Shown piece after piece: positions 28,224-38,280 of a stretch of DNA of 64,000 bases. This DNA comes from a virus. Position numbers and translations under genes: made by a program. Numbering within the stretch: the first letter of the stretch is position 1; each line of letters starts with the position of its first letter. The stretch lies in the IMG/VR virus record IMGVR_UViG_3300001102_000006; one strand, 5' to 3'. The notes under the pieces were generated by a model. It saw only the letters and a program-made list of their open reading frames with translations. It did no database searches and was not told the DNA's origin.

Positions 28224-30619
28224 TGACTTTTTCCCCCAACCTTGGTCTAGATTATGTGCAGTCGTCTCAGGCGCAAAAGCACATAACAATGAATGAGGCA
28301 CTGTCCAAATTGGACGTGCTTGTTCAGCCTGTGGTTGAAGACCTTGACTTTTCTAATCCTCCGGGGTCTCCGGTTGAAGGTGCCAGCTATATTGTTGCGT
28401 CACCGGCTGGCGGCGTGTGGGCAACACATGAAAATGACATTGCCTCCTATTTGAATGGTTCTTGGGTATTTTATACGCCAAAACAAGGCTGGCGTGTTTA
28501 CGTTCTTGACGAAGATACACCCTATGATTTTGACGGCACGGATTGGGTAATCAAGTCGATTACATCGACAGCATTATCTAACGGTTCCCTTTTGGAGCTT
28601 GGTGTCAATTCCGGCACAACGCCTGACAACCGTCTTTCAGTCAAATCCAACAACGTTCTATTCAGTCACGATGATGTTACTCCGGGAACGGGTAGCATGA
28701 ATACGACCATAAATAAAGCTTTGTCGGGTGACGCGGCTTCGATTACATATCAGGTTGGATTTTCTGGTCGAGCTATTGTCGGTCTTCTGGGGAACGACGA
28801 TTACACCGTTCGTGTGTCTGATGATGGCACCACGTTCAACGATGCTTTCGTTGTAGACGGCACAACTGCGAAGACTGATTTTAAGGTTCTGCCAAGCGTA
28901 AACGGCGACGATTTCTGGCATGAGGGAAATGATGGCGCAGGCTCTGGTCTCGACGCCGACCTTCTTGACGGGCAGCATGCATCGGACTTTGCACAATTGT
29001 CCGGAGCTACGTTCACGGGCGGCATTACCGCAACTGGATTTACCGGCAACGGCGGCGGACTGACTGGTGTCAACGCGGACAATTTGGGTGGTCAGGCGGC
29101 GTCTTCTTATGCGCTTCTATCTGGCGCAACATTTACCGGAACAGTTGAAGCTACAAACTTTGTGGGGGATGGTTCGTCTCTAACGGGTGTAACAGCTACC
29201 ACACTGGGCGGGCAGCCTGCCAGCGCTTACGCGCTTCTATCTGGTGCGACATTCACGGGCGGCTTGGCGCAGCAAATGGCTTCCCCGTCTCTGGTCTTGG
29301 AAACTACCGAAGTTTCGGGCGAGCAATCCTATTTCAAAATGGAAGGTGCGCGCACGTCAGTGTCCGCCACCATTGCCCAGATCGATTTTTACAATAATGG
29401 TACTGGTGTCGAAGGTACATCGGCCCAGTGGCTTATTGGTGGCGATGGTGACGTAAACCTCGCGATTGGGCAGTTGCAGGTTGCGGGCGGGGAAGTTTGG
29501 CACGCAAACAATGACGGCGCTGGATCAGGTTTGGATGCCGATCTATTGGATGGCAATCAGGCTTCTGCTTTTGCACAGCTTTCCGGTGCGGCGTTTACAG
29601 GCGGAGTCTCTGCGACCGGTTTTACTGGTAACGGTGGTGGCCTCACGGGGGTCAATGCCACAAACTTGGGCGGACAGTCGGCTGCGTCATACGCGCTACT
29701 GGCTGGGGCAACATTTACTGGAACAATTGATGCTCCTGTTGTCCGCGTTAGCGGTGATGATGTTTGGCATGAAGGAAACGATGGACCGGGATCGGGACTA
29801 AACGCCGACCTGTTGGATGGTGTACAGGGGGCAGCTTTCGCGCAACTGTCCGGAGCTACATTTACTGGAAACATCGTAAACACGTCCAGCCAAACACTTC
29901 TCGGAGAATTGGGTGTAGGCGGCGCGACACCAGACGCTACAAACAAGTTTGCGTTTTTTGGTACTGATCTTTTGCTTAATTCGAGCAGCAGTATCAACAT
30001 GAAATATAACAAAAACGCCGCCGCGAACGATGCGTCGATGACGTTTCAGACCGGCTTCACCACTTATGGTTTGTTCGGACTTCTTGGGAACAACGACACC
30101 ACACTGAAAGTTGGAACTGGGTTTGTTTCTGCGCTTATTGCGAATAATACCGATGGGACAATGCAATTCCCAGAAGGTGTAAAGCATGATGCAGTGACAG
30201 CATACAAGAACACTAACCAAACTTTGACTACATCTTGGGCAACAGTTACAGGATACGATGGGACGCATATCGCAGCTAGTGGTAATCTTTCGTGGAACGG
30301 AACAAATGGTGACGCCTTTGTTGGTAAAGCGGGCCGGTTCCAAGTATCGTACACCGTGTCAACGGAAATCAGCACCGGTTCAGCGCGTACAGACAGTTTG
30401 GCCCGACTTGAGAGATGGACGGGGGCGGCGTGGGTTGAAGTCGAGGGTACCACACACCGCATGTACAACCGTATTGCTGGACGCGGGGGGTCTTGCGCGA
30501 GCGCTACCGTGGTACTTGATGTAGCCGCATCCGATGGCTTCCGAATCGCCGCTCGAATTGAAACTGGAACAGACACAGTAATTGTGGATCAAGCCGCACT
30601 TTCAATTCTACGGCTGTAA
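28223..30619 (+). CDS. Tail fibre protein (N-terminal DUF2793, internal repeats)
   Basis: L.L.Y....QAQKH.T.NEAL..LD.LVQ; WHxxNDGxGSGLxADLLDG x3; L(S/A)GAxFTG x6. Confidence 0.85.
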   Translation: MTFSPNLGLDYVQSSQAQKHITMNEALSKLDVLVQPVVEDLDFSNPPGSPVEGASYIVASPAGGVWATHENDIASYLNGSWVFYTPKQGWRVYVLDEDTPYDFDGTDWVIKSITSTALSNGSLLELGVNSGTTPDNRLSVKSNNVLFSHDDVTPGTGSMNTTINKALSGDAASITYQVGFSGRAIVGLLGNDDYTVRVSDDGTTFNDAFVVDGTTAKTDFKVLPSVNGDDFWHEGNDGAGSGLDADLLDGQHASDFAQLSGATFTGGITATGFTGNGGGLTGVNADNLGGQAASSYALLSGATFTGTVEATNFVGDGSSLTGVTATTLGGQPASAYALLSGATFTGGLAQQMASPSLVLETTEVSGEQSYFKMEGARTSVSATIAQIDFYNNGTGVEGTSAQWLIGGDGDVNLAIGQLQVAGGEVWHANNDGAGSGLDADLLDGNQASAFAQLSGAAFTGGVSATGFTGNGGGLTGVNATNLGGQSAASYALLAGATFTGTIDAPVVRVSGDDVWHEGNDGPGSGLNADLLDGVQGAAFAQLSGATFTGNIVNTSSQTLLGELGVGGATPDATNKFAFFGTDLLLNSSSSINMKYNKNAAANDASMTFQTGFTTYGLFGLLGNNDTTLKVGTGFVSALIANNTDGTMQFPEGVKHDAVTAYKNTNQTLTTSWATVTGYDGTHIAASGNLSWNGTNGDAFVGKAGRFQVSYTVSTEISTGSARTDSLARLERWTGAAWVEVEGTTHRMYNRIAGRGGSCASATVVLDVAASDGFRIAARIETGTDTVIVDQAALSILRL

Positions 30620-30688
30620 CGTAAAATTCATCACTACCCGCTATCACAAATGAATCCGTTTTCCGAAAAAATAACCAGAGGTTAAGTC

Positions 30689-30871
30689 ATGGACGCTACA
30701 GTTCAAGCATACGTCGCGGAACTTCGCGATCAAATTTCAATTCTGTCTGACCGCGCGGCGCAACTCGCCGCAGCCTTGAAAAAGGAGCAATCCGATCATG
30801 AGATGGCTAAAGGACGTATTCTCGCCCTTGAGAAATCCGCCGCAGCGGACACAGACACCAACACGGAGTGA
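30689..30871 (+). CDS. Small coiled-coil protein
   Basis: GAGG RBS; heptad pattern. Confidence 0.55.
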   Translation: MDATVQAYVAELRDQISILSDRAAQLAAALKKEQSDHEMAKGRILALEKSAAADTDTNTE

Positions 30872-30875
30872 TAGC

Positions 30876-31664
30876 ATGTCTATCTTGGACCACGAACTGA
30901 CATTCGCTATCGATGCACCGTCGCCTAATCGCGGCGGTCTCATCACGCCGCGCTTTGTCGTCATGCACTATACCGCTGGATTTACAGCGGAAAGCGCTGT
31001 ACGTACGCTTACCAGCCCGTCTTCTCGGGTCAGCGCTCATGTGACAATTGATGAGAATGGCTCCGTGTATCAGCACGTTCCTTTCAACGTCAAAGCATGG
31101 CACGCCGGTCCATCGCGTTATGCGGGCTACTCCAACCTGAATAGTCACTCCATTGGTATCGAGATTGTCAATCCGGGCTGGTTTCGCCGCTCTGCGGACG
31201 GTAATTTTTACCGAGACAACATTCGGCGCACCGCCCGCCAGATGGGCGAAGTCATTGAAGCACCACATCCTCGCGTTGGCTCTGGTATGCTGTATTGGCC
31301 CACATACACTGAGGCGCAGCTTGACGCAGTTGAAGAACTGACCGAAGAACTGTTGGCAGAGTATCCATCGATCATCGACATCGTTTCTCACGAAGAAATT
31401 GACACACGAGGCTGGAAAACTGACCCCGGTCCCGCATTTCCTATGAACCGCTACAAGCGTCTTCTGCCAACACGTGATTTGGATTACGATCAATTCCAAG
31501 TTACCGCAAGTTCTTTGAACGTGCGCAGCGGTCCCGGAACAAACTTTGGTGTTCTGCGCGAAGTCAAGCGCGGCGACATTGTTGATGGACAAGATCAGAG
31601 TGGGTCTTGGATTCGCGTGGACTCAGACGGTTGGGTACACGGTGGTTACCTTCGTAGAGTATGA
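30876..31664 (+). CDS. Endolysin: N-acetylmuramoyl-L-alanine amidase (Amidase_2) + SH3b
   Basis: VMHYTAG, SAH, AWHAG, SIGIEIVN, SHEEI...KTDPGPAF; C-terminal LNVRSGPGT...GWV...YL. Confidence 0.93.
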   Translation: MSILDHELTFAIDAPSPNRGGLITPRFVVMHYTAGFTAESAVRTLTSPSSRVSAHVTIDENGSVYQHVPFNVKAWHAGPSRYAGYSNLNSHSIGIEIVNPGWFRRSADGNFYRDNIRRTARQMGEVIEAPHPRVGSGMLYWPTYTEAQLDAVEELTEELLAEYPSIIDIVSHEEIDTRGWKTDPGPAFPMNRYKRLLPTRDLDYDQFQVTASSLNVRSGPGTNFGVLREVKRGDIVDGQDQSGSWIRVDSDGWVHGGYLRRV

Positions 31665-31668
31665 CTGA

Positions 31669-31989
31669 ATGCTGGCATGGATCGTCGCCCTTTGTCTTGT
31701 CGCAACCGTTATCCGCGCCAGACGGCGGGGCATTCCTTGGGAAATTATCCTTGCGTTCCCGTCTCAGTGGTTTAACTGGACATTCTTTGGACGCGATTTC
31801 ACCGAACCGTTTTCTGCCTTCGTAGGCGTACAAGTCCGTGACGGCAGCAATCCTGTTGTCGTCTGGCGCATCACTGGACGGGTACTTGATACCGTGTTTC
31901 TGGTGAAAGAAAAGAATCATTGCGCGGAATCTGTTTCACGTTTGGAGCGATGGAAACTTGAAAGAACTACAGAATCTTCTTCACGATAA
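31669..31989 (+). CDS. Hypothetical membrane protein in lysis cassette
   Basis: Hydrophobic N-terminus; fills gap after endolysin. Confidence 0.5.
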   Translation: MLAWIVALCLVATVIRARRRGIPWEIILAFPSQWFNWTFFGRDFTEPFSAFVGVQVRDGSNPVVVWRITGRVLDTVFLVKEKNHCAESVSRLERWKLERTTESSSR

Positions 31990-32434
31990 CGGCGACGTAG
32001 ATGTTGTTCGAGCCTCACTTGTTCGAATAAAAGCGTCCCTCAACACGGCCTCGTACGACTATGCCCACGCAGCTTTGGGCGCAGCACAAGAAGCCTGTGA
32101 ATCGGCGCTCGCCTCGGCACCGTGCTCTGCTGTGTGGCAACACATTTTTGAGTATCAGAAGTTTGCCAAGAAGTCACAAGACACAATTGATGTTTGTACC
32201 ACATCTATTGCTATGCTTTTGGAAGTTGAAGAAACGGGTGACCCCGGAATAGACCGCATCAATGCGGGCGTGAAAATAGACTCAATGGAGAAGCATGTAA
32301 TTGCTTCTTTGCTTGAAGGAGCAAACTCCCGCGTCCAAGTCGCTGTAGCCGCGATGCCGGACAACCCCGCACCCGGAGCCAGATGCGACCCAAAACGTGT
32401 TCGTATGACCGGCAATCCAAATGACAGCCCCTAA
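31958..32434 (+). CDS. Hypothetical protein
   Basis: 158-aa ORF (TTG start) overlapping both neighbours. Confidence 0.5.
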   Translation: MKELQNLLHDNGDVDVVRASLVRIKASLNTASYDYAHAALGAAQEACESALASAPCSAVWQHIFEYQKFAKKSQDTIDVCTTSIAMLLEVEETGDPGIDRINAGVKIDSMEKHVIASLLEGANSRVQVAVAAMPDNPAPGARCDPKRVRMTGNPNDSP

Positions 32435-32768
32435 TCCACAACCAAATCAAAGTCCTGTTGACCGCGCACGGAGATTTTACTTTGTGTCGCGGTTGATTGC
32501 GTTCTGCTTTCTGACGGGTCTCGCGCTGATCCTCGCCATTGGCTTTGGATACTTGACTCCTGCCGCCCATCTGGTAGAATTGTACATGACGGGACTTCTG
32601 AGCACCGCCACGGCTGTAGCTTTGGCGTACATCGGCGGCTCGGTTGTAGACTATAACGGCGGCATCGGTAATCTGTTTCGAGATGAACGACCACGCGAAC
32701 CGGTACGCGTAGAACTTCCAGACCCAATTGATGTAGCGCTGCAAGACGGCGACGGACCCCGAGGATAG
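32421..32768 (+). CDS. Putative holin (two TM helices)
   Basis: Two hydrophobic segments, charged C-tail, between endolysin and spanins. Confidence 0.6.
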   Translation: MTAPNPQPNQSPVDRARRFYFVSRLIAFCFLTGLALILAIGFGYLTPAAHLVELYMTGLLSTATAVALAYIGGSVVDYNGGIGNLFRDERPREPVRVELPDPIDVALQDGDGPRG

Positions 32769-32769
32769 C

Positions 32770-33153
32770 ATGGCATTTCTTTCCGCTAAAGCACTGAGCA
32801 GTCTTCTCAATCCGAAAGTTTGGATTTGGGGGGCAGGCGTACTATTGGCTGGCTGGCTGTCTTGGAACATTTATGGCTTCGTGAATCAAGCACTGGATGA
32901 TCGAGAACTTGTGGTTACCCAACAGGTTCAGCTTGAATTGCGGGACAGTGAAATTGAGACCCTTGAGTTTCGCATTACGCAGGCAGAAGACGCCCAGCGT
33001 GTGGCAGAAGAAGCTCGCTTAGAAGCAGAACTACGTGAAGACGAACTTCAACGTATTCGTGACGCGGCTATCGCCGCAGGAGATGAACGAGATGGTGAAC
33101 TGGCTCCCGTCCTACAAGACACTCTGCGCGCTTTGCGCGGTGCTGGTGATTAG
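32770..33153 (+). CDS. Inner-membrane spanin (Rz-like)
   Basis: N-terminal TM then coiled coil, C-terminal DGELAPVL..TL..L. Confidence 0.75.
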   Translation: MAFLSAKALSSLLNPKVWIWGAGVLLAGWLSWNIYGFVNQALDDRELVVTQQVQLELRDSEIETLEFRITQAEDAQRVAEEARLEAELREDELQRIRDAAIAAGDERDGELAPVLQDTLRALRGAGD

Positions 33154-33403
33154 CGCTTGCGCGCGTCCAGACCCGCCAATAATTGAAGTGCAAACACAAG
33201 TCGTTGTTCCGGAAGTTCCCCGGAGCAATTTGGTGTGTCCAGTTGTTCCTACGCCGCCTGATCCAGATACAGCAACGCAGCGAGATATTGCTGTGTACCT
33301 GCCCGAAGTTATTGAAGTAGCAGAACACTGCCGCCGTGATCTCGGCGTCGTTCGCACTATCCTTGACAATGCCGCTGACGCGGCGCAGCAGCCAGAACAA
33401 TGA
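33092..33403 (+). CDS. Outer-membrane lipoprotein spanin (Rz1-like)
   Basis: Overlaps Rz in another frame; lipobox ISA-C, Pro-rich, two further Cys; AGGAG 9 nt upstream. Confidence 0.78.
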   Translation: MVNWLPSYKTLCALCAVLVISACARPDPPIIEVQTQVVVPEVPRSNLVCPVVPTPPDPDTATQRDIAVYLPEVIEVAEHCRRDLGVVRTILDNAADAAQQPEQ

Positions 33404-33582
33404 CCCTCACAATTTGTTTGGTTGTGGGTGCTCTGGCCCTGCTTGTTGGCGTCCCTATAGCCATCCATAAACACCAACACACAGACAAAGAAAAGCCCCC
33501 GTCAGGGGGCGGTCCTTCTGTCAAATGGGAAGACCCGGAGACTTGACTTCAAAATACAGGCGGCGTACACTTACAAAACAGA

Positions 33583-33807
33583 ATGATTCGATTCGGAGGT
33601 ACCATGAAACATCGATTATGTCGATGCCGGGACTGCCGTGGGCAAAAAAGAAAAGGCAAAATCTTGGGTTCACGTCTTTTGAGGCACTTAGGTTCTAACG
33701 CTTATTATGTTTCAGCTTACGTCATTTCACCTAAATATGCAAAAGGTGTGCGAGCAAGAAAACGTAATCAGCGTTCCAAGGTTTCTGCTTCTACATACAC
33801 GGCGTGA
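33583..33807 (+). CDS. Small basic hypothetical protein (CRCRDC)
   Basis: GGAGG RBS precedes MKHRLC at 33604; TTGACT-type promoter at ~33543. Confidence 0.4.
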   Translation: MIRFGGTMKHRLCRCRDCRGQKRKGKILGSRLLRHLGSNAYYVSAYVISPKYAKGVRARKRNQRSKVSASTYTA

Positions 33808-33847
33808 AACAATGATCGAGAGAAGTCACGTTCTGACAGTCCTTCTG

Positions 33848-34081
33848 TCAGTCGATGAGACCTTTGGTCGCCATCACGCCTTGAACGAATCCCAACCATC
33901 GAGACATTTTGCCTAGTGGCATGTCGCGCGTCAGCGCGGTGTCACACATCCACAGCAAATTTTCCGTAGAGGTTCTGCCGGTACCCGGATCATCAAATCT
34001 TGATGCGGCGCGCTTCTTTAGAATAGATTTGTAGCGCCGAAAGAGTTCTTTCGACGCTACGATTTCTTGTTGATCAGACAC
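33848..34081 (-). CDS. Hypothetical protein
   Basis: GTG start overlapping dUTPase stop; LLWMC...K..RWLGFVQG motif of a common phage family. Confidence 0.55.
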   Translation of the reverse strand: MSDQQEIVASKELFRRYKSILKKRAASRFDDPGTGRTSTENLLWMCDTALTRDMPLGKMSRWLGFVQGVMATKGLID

Positions 34082-34559
34082 CGGTCGAACCGTAGCCGCC
34101 TGAGCCGCGCTCTGTTTCATCGAATTCTTCAACCACCTCAAAGGATGCGATGCTGACAGGAGCAACGACAAGCTGTGCAATGCGATCCCCGTGTTTGATC
34201 ACGAACGGTTCTTTGCCTGTGTTCAAGAGGATCACGCCAAGCGGTCCCCGGTAATCGCAATCAACTGTTCCGGGCGCGTTTACGACCGTGATGCCATTCT
34301 TGAGGGCAAGACCGCTTCGTGGGCGTACTTGGACTTCGTATCCGTCTTCGACTGCAATCGCCAATCCTGTAGGAACCAGAAGACGCTCGCCGGGTTCGAG
34401 ATTGTATGCACTGTATCCAGAAACGGCCAAGTTTGCGCGCACATCTGCGCCAGCCGCTCCGGCAGTCTGGTATTCAGGCAACGCAACGGATTGATCGGCC
34501 CCTTCGAGCCATTTGAAACGAACTGTCGGGTGCTTAGGCACAGTCGGGTTCTTCGTCAT
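34074..34559 (-). CDS. dut: dUTPase (trimeric)
   Basis: [38 protein letters not shown] motifs. Confidence 0.97.
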   Translation of the reverse strand: MTKNPTVPKHPTVRFKWLEGADQSVALPEYQTAGAAGADVRANLAVSGYSAYNLEPGERLLVPTGLAIAVEDGYEVQVRPRSGLALKNGITVVNAPGTVDCDYRGPLGVILLNTGKEPFVIKHGDRIAQLVVAPVSIASFEVVEEFDETERGSGGYGSTGV

Positions 34560-34795
34560 TCGGTATCTCCAAGGTAAAGTTTCAGTTCCGAAAAACCGCC
34601 AACGAGACTTACACCATGATAGATTATTGGTATGCTTGCCATGTCGGACTCGGCGGCTTTTGCCAAAAGTTCCGCCCGACCGAGCGGGCGTAGGTTATAG
34701 GAAAGCCCGTTGCTATCAAGAAGCTCCGCAGCTTTGTCACACCATTTGCAGGCGAAACCACTTCGAGTATATATGGTGTATGGTTTATTGTTCAC
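34556..34795 (-). CDS. Glutaredoxin
   Basis: CKWC, SIPII, VGGFSEL. Confidence 0.9.
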   Translation of the reverse strand: MNNKPYTIYTRSGFACKWCDKAAELLDSNGLSYNLRPLGRAELLAKAAESDMASIPIIYHGVSLVGGFSELKLYLGDTE

Positions 34796-35265
34796 TAAGG
34801 TTTCTCCAAGTATTTGATCAGAAGTTCAAGACGTGCTATCGAATCCGACACGTATCCCAAAGCAAGATTGCAGTGTCGGCACAAGATTCCGCGAACAACA
34901 CCAGTTTCATGGCAATGGTCGGTGTGTACATCATTCTGATTTTCAGACAGATCATCGCCGCACGCCGCACATTTGTCATTTTGCTCCCGACGCATTTCTT
35001 CATGTTGGTGCAGCGTAATGCCTAGAGACCGCTTTAGTGCCTTGTGCTTCAATCTACGTGCATCGTAGTCAGGATGGCTGCGACACTCATCACAAAACAC
35101 GCGAGTATTCCATCCTTTGCCAAAAAGAGTGAGAGCGAAGTTTTCCCCGCATCCGACACATTCGCGATCTTTAAAAAGATTTGGATTTTTCTTACGAATT
35201 TCTGCGGGAGACGCGTATTTTTGCGCCTCCCGTACAATCTCATTCGTTTTTCGTCTTGCACCCAT
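34795..35265 (-). CDS. Endonuclease VII-family (HNH-like) endonuclease
   Basis: Q..KCA.C...HTDHCHETG.VRGILC..CN.ALG; TAATG overlap with nrdJ. Confidence 0.88.
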   Translation of the reverse strand: MGARRKTNEIVREAQKYASPAEIRKKNPNLFKDRECVGCGENFALTLFGKGWNTRVFCDECRSHPDYDARRLKHKALKRSLGITLHQHEEMRREQNDKCAACGDDLSENQNDVHTDHCHETGVVRGILCRHCNLALGYVSDSIARLELLIKYLEKP

Positions 35266-37325
35266 TATCGAATTGGGCATGCGCCACCGGCACATTGATC
35301 GTCTTCAATCGTGGCGTCCAGCATGTCTGTTCCTGTGAAGTTTACCGGCTTGAGTTCGGAAACGTATTCATTATGAACCGCCTGTGTCACAGGTGTTTGT
35401 GGGAGATATGGATAGTTCAATTGTTCTGCAACGGCTTTCGGATCACGAACCATAGCAACAGGGTCCGGACGATACAAAAATGACACGCCAACGTAAGAAC
35501 TCCAATTTTCTGTCAACCAGTCAACAATGTCCTGCACTTCGTCAGGGCTGTAATAGATGGTGATGGAGCAGTTGTGATCGACATAATTTTCCTGCAACAA
35601 CTTGTAGCGATCAAGTTGGGACACAGCAGACTCTTGGTTGACTTCAACTTGTGTTCCGTCAACGTCAACGATGTCAAATTCAATGCCATTGTATTCCACG
35701 GGAATAACAACAATCTTTGCCATTTTGTCGAACGGGTGCGGCTCTGTTCGATACCCCGCGTCGATCACCGCTTTCAACAATGGATCATCCGCAGCGACAA
35801 TGACGCGAACTTGGAGATATTTGCCCAACGGCAAGTGAGCGCCAGACGCAACTTCATCGCCCACCAAACCAAACACTTTGGATTGTGTGCCCGATGGTTT
35901 GACCGTGGTCACAAGGTGCGGTCGTGGCGTGCCCAATTCATCAGCCATGCCGTTCGCGCCGTCTTGTGCAACCTTACGCAGGTCCCGCAAGGCGTCCGCG
36001 TCTTTGTGGAATTCCCATCCAACAATTCCGGTCAGTCCGACGCCACACAGGCGGAGGAATTCATTGAGTTCGTGCCATGTGCGTTGGAGAATGCCATCAT
36101 CCAAATTGACACATGTTTGGCGATAGTTCGCGCGCGCGACCAGCCACAAGGCACGATGTAGCCCTTCTTCATCTCCATTGAAACGACTGACCGCCACTTC
36201 AACAAGGTTACAGAATGACTTGTCGCCCAGCAGAATTTCTGCACATGGATTGACGCCTTTGAAATATGGCGCGCGCTTCATTGCAGCCAATGCGTTGATA
36301 AAGCCGGGTTCGGAGCCACCACCTGCTTCGATCATGCGGAAGATTTTTTTCAGTTCGCGCTTTGTCGGCTTGTGATAGAACAGGAGTGAGTTGTTCGACA
36401 TACCACGATGCCACTTGCCGTTGTCGTTACAGCCTTTCTTTGCGAGCGCGAAATCTTCCCATTCGGGTTCGCCATAGGCATAGAGGGCAATTTCAGCAGA
36501 TCGGCGGGACGAAAGAATTGTTCCAAGCCAATTCTCAACGTCGAGAATATCAATTGCAGACAAGAGGCTGCCCGCCGAGCGGTTCATGACTTCGACAATG
36601 CCTTCGATGGCTTGGGCAAGTTGGTGATCTCCGGAAGAAATCCAACCGTATCCCGAGAGCCGATACCCCGCCGGACGAATTTCGGAAAGATCAATGATCA
36701 GTTTCTTGGCGCGACCTTTGAATGCAACAATTTTTCCGAAGAACTTCGCCCACGCCTCAGCGCTGTCCCCGACACGGATATACCATTCGCCGGTTTTTTT
36801 GTTGAACGTCTCATAGTTGTCTGGCTGCCCCTTGACCGCCGGGTCTGAGATTGGATTGCCTTTGTCATCTTTCGGCAAAACTTTGGAAGAACGGATGATT
36901 TCTACGTCATCAATAACTTGTGTGAAGCCGTTCAGAACGCCCACGTTTGCTTTGAAGCCGACGCCGCAACCTTGGAGCAACAACCAAATGCTGTCCACCA
37001 CATCGTGGACCGTTTGCACTTCCCCAAAAGAACAATTGAATTGAGATGCTTCGCGATCTTTTGCAATCTGCGTTCCCCCCAACCAGCGCGTGCGCCCCGA
37101 TACCGTGACCTTGCGCGACATGAAAAGGTCGTACAGTTCTTCGAGTTCGGCTTGTTGTGCGAGGTCCAGCGGCTGTCCTTGTGCGCGTTCCCACAGCCAT
37201 TTTTGGTGCTCGATAACACGTCGCCATGCTTGTTCAGGGGTTTCGAAAACGGTGCCGTGCTCGTCAAGTGGTCGTAGGTATGTGCGCCGCTCGACAATCT
37301 GCGCTAGAACGCTTTGTTGCGTCAT
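35265..37325 (-). CDS. nrdJ: Class II (AdoCbl-dependent) ribonucleotide reductase
   Basis: RRTYLR, FNCS, GCGVGF, RRSAEI, NPCAEI, TTVKPSGT, C-terminal CAGGACPIR. Confidence 0.95.
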   Translation of the reverse strand: MTQQSVLAQIVERRTYLRPLDEHGTVFETPEQAWRRVIEHQKWLWERAQGQPLDLAQQAELEELYDLFMSRKVTVSGRTRWLGGTQIAKDREASQFNCSFGEVQTVHDVVDSIWLLLQGCGVGFKANVGVLNGFTQVIDDVEIIRSSKVLPKDDKGNPISDPAVKGQPDNYETFNKKTGEWYIRVGDSAEAWAKFFGKIVAFKGRAKKLIIDLSEIRPAGYRLSGYGWISSGDHQLAQAIEGIVEVMNRSAGSLLSAIDILDVENWLGTILSSRRSAEIALYAYGEPEWEDFALAKKGCNDNGKWHRGMSNNSLLFYHKPTKRELKKIFRMIEAGGGSEPGFINALAAMKRAPYFKGVNPCAEILLGDKSFCNLVEVAVSRFNGDEEGLHRALWLVARANYRQTCVNLDDGILQRTWHELNEFLRLCGVGLTGIVGWEFHKDADALRDLRKVAQDGANGMADELGTPRPHLVTTVKPSGTQSKVFGLVGDEVASGAHLPLGKYLQVRVIVAADDPLLKAVIDAGYRTEPHPFDKMAKIVVIPVEYNGIEFDIVDVDGTQVEVNQESAVSQLDRYKLLQENYVDHNCSITIYYSPDEVQDIVDWLTENWSSYVGVSFLYRPDPVAMVRDPKAVAEQLNYPYLPQTPVTQAVHNEYVSELKPVNFTGTDMLDATIEDDQCAGGACPIR

Positions 37326-37419
37326 TTATTCTTTCTCCAAGGCAAAAGGAATGCCGTCCGCAGTGTGAGTGCGGCTGCATATTTTTTCAGTTGTGGGTGG
37401 TCCTTCGGGACGTTCCTGC

Positions 37420-37448
37420 ACTCTAACTCATGTGACTTTTTGAGTCAA
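37420..37448 (-). promoter_or_regulatory. Putative nrdJ promoter TTGACT-N17-TAGAGT with GTCACATGA in spacer
   Basis: Read on - strand upstream of nrdJ. Confidence 0.45.
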
Positions 37449-37467
37449 TCAAAAATATCTGTCAAGG

Positions 37468-37683
37468 TCATGCGGTCACAAAATTTAGTGGGTGCATCGG
37501 ACTGTCAGGCATTATCTGGACAGTGCTCATGCACATACGTCTTTCCATTTCGTCACGATTGATAAGCTCGGACCAGCTTTTGTCAAAGTTTTTTCGGTCC
37601 CAACCATCAGGGTCCAGAATGAGAACGCCTGCAAAATGTTCGGTCTCAAGCCATTCTTCGGCGCTGCATAATTCTTCCACCAT
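37468..37683 (-). CDS. Hypothetical protein
   Basis: ILDPDGWDR.NF..SW.E.I...E...R motif of a small phage family. Confidence 0.6.
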   Translation of the reverse strand: MVEELCSAEEWLETEHFAGVLILDPDGWDRKNFDKSWSELINRDEMERRMCMSTVQIMPDSPMHPLNFVTA

Positions 37684-38036
37684 TATTCTTCATCCTTCAA
37701 CTTTAATCCAGCAGCGTGGACAATAGCTCGCGTAGACGAAGGACGCCCGTCAAGCATATAGCCATATCCGCGTTTTTCCGTGAGCCGTTCACCCAGAATT
37801 CGCTGCGCTTTTTCCATAATTGTTTCCCCGCCATCCGGTTCAGCAATGATGGCTCCCTCCCGAGACAAATGTGTCGGTTGTTTATATCGGACTTGTTTTG
37901 ATGGGCGGGGAATATTCAAGTCACGAATCCAGCGCCGTACTGTAGCCAAACTTACATCGTAATGCTCAGCAATTTGTTCGCGGGTCATGCCCTGCTTTTC
38001 GCGCAGGTCGATTATATCTTCACGTGTTGGGGTCAT
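37683..38036 (-). CDS. HTH DNA-binding protein
   Basis: GMTREQIAEHYDVSLATVRRWI helix-turn-helix. Confidence 0.75.
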   Translation of the reverse strand: MTPTREDIIDLREKQGMTREQIAEHYDVSLATVRRWIRDLNIPRPSKQVRYKQPTHLSREGAIIAEPDGGETIMEKAQRILGERLTEKRGYGYMLDGRPSSTRAIVHAAGLKLKDEE

Positions 38037-38280
38037 TAAGTTTCTCATTGAATGCTGCCAAAATGCACTCTGTGGGGACCTCACCTTTGGACATTCCCTC
38101 AAGCACAACCTGCCCGACTCTGGCAAGCATCCCGCTTTCGTACATGGCACGTGTAGCTAGTGCCAAAACCGCTGCGGGGGTTGGTTTGTTGTATTGTTCC
38201 TCTTTTTTAGATACGATTATCTCGGAAGTCATCGCCACCGACTGAGCACCAATATCTTCAAATTCAATTTTTACTTTCAT
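38020..38280 (-). CDS. Hypothetical protein
   Basis: 86-aa ORF in operon orientation. Confidence 0.55.
   Translation of the reverse strand: MKVKIEFEDIGAQSVAMTSEIIVSKKEEQYNKPTPAAVLALATRAMYESGMLARVGQVVLEGMSKGEVPTECILAAFNEKLNDPNT

Noticed and set aside
296-31592. Long antisense ORFs (e.g. 296-1102, 3679-4611, 9486-10877, 14514-16280, 17799-18761, 30807-31592)
   Set aside because: They shadow well-supported + strand genes, have no recognisable motifs and are expected from codon bias.
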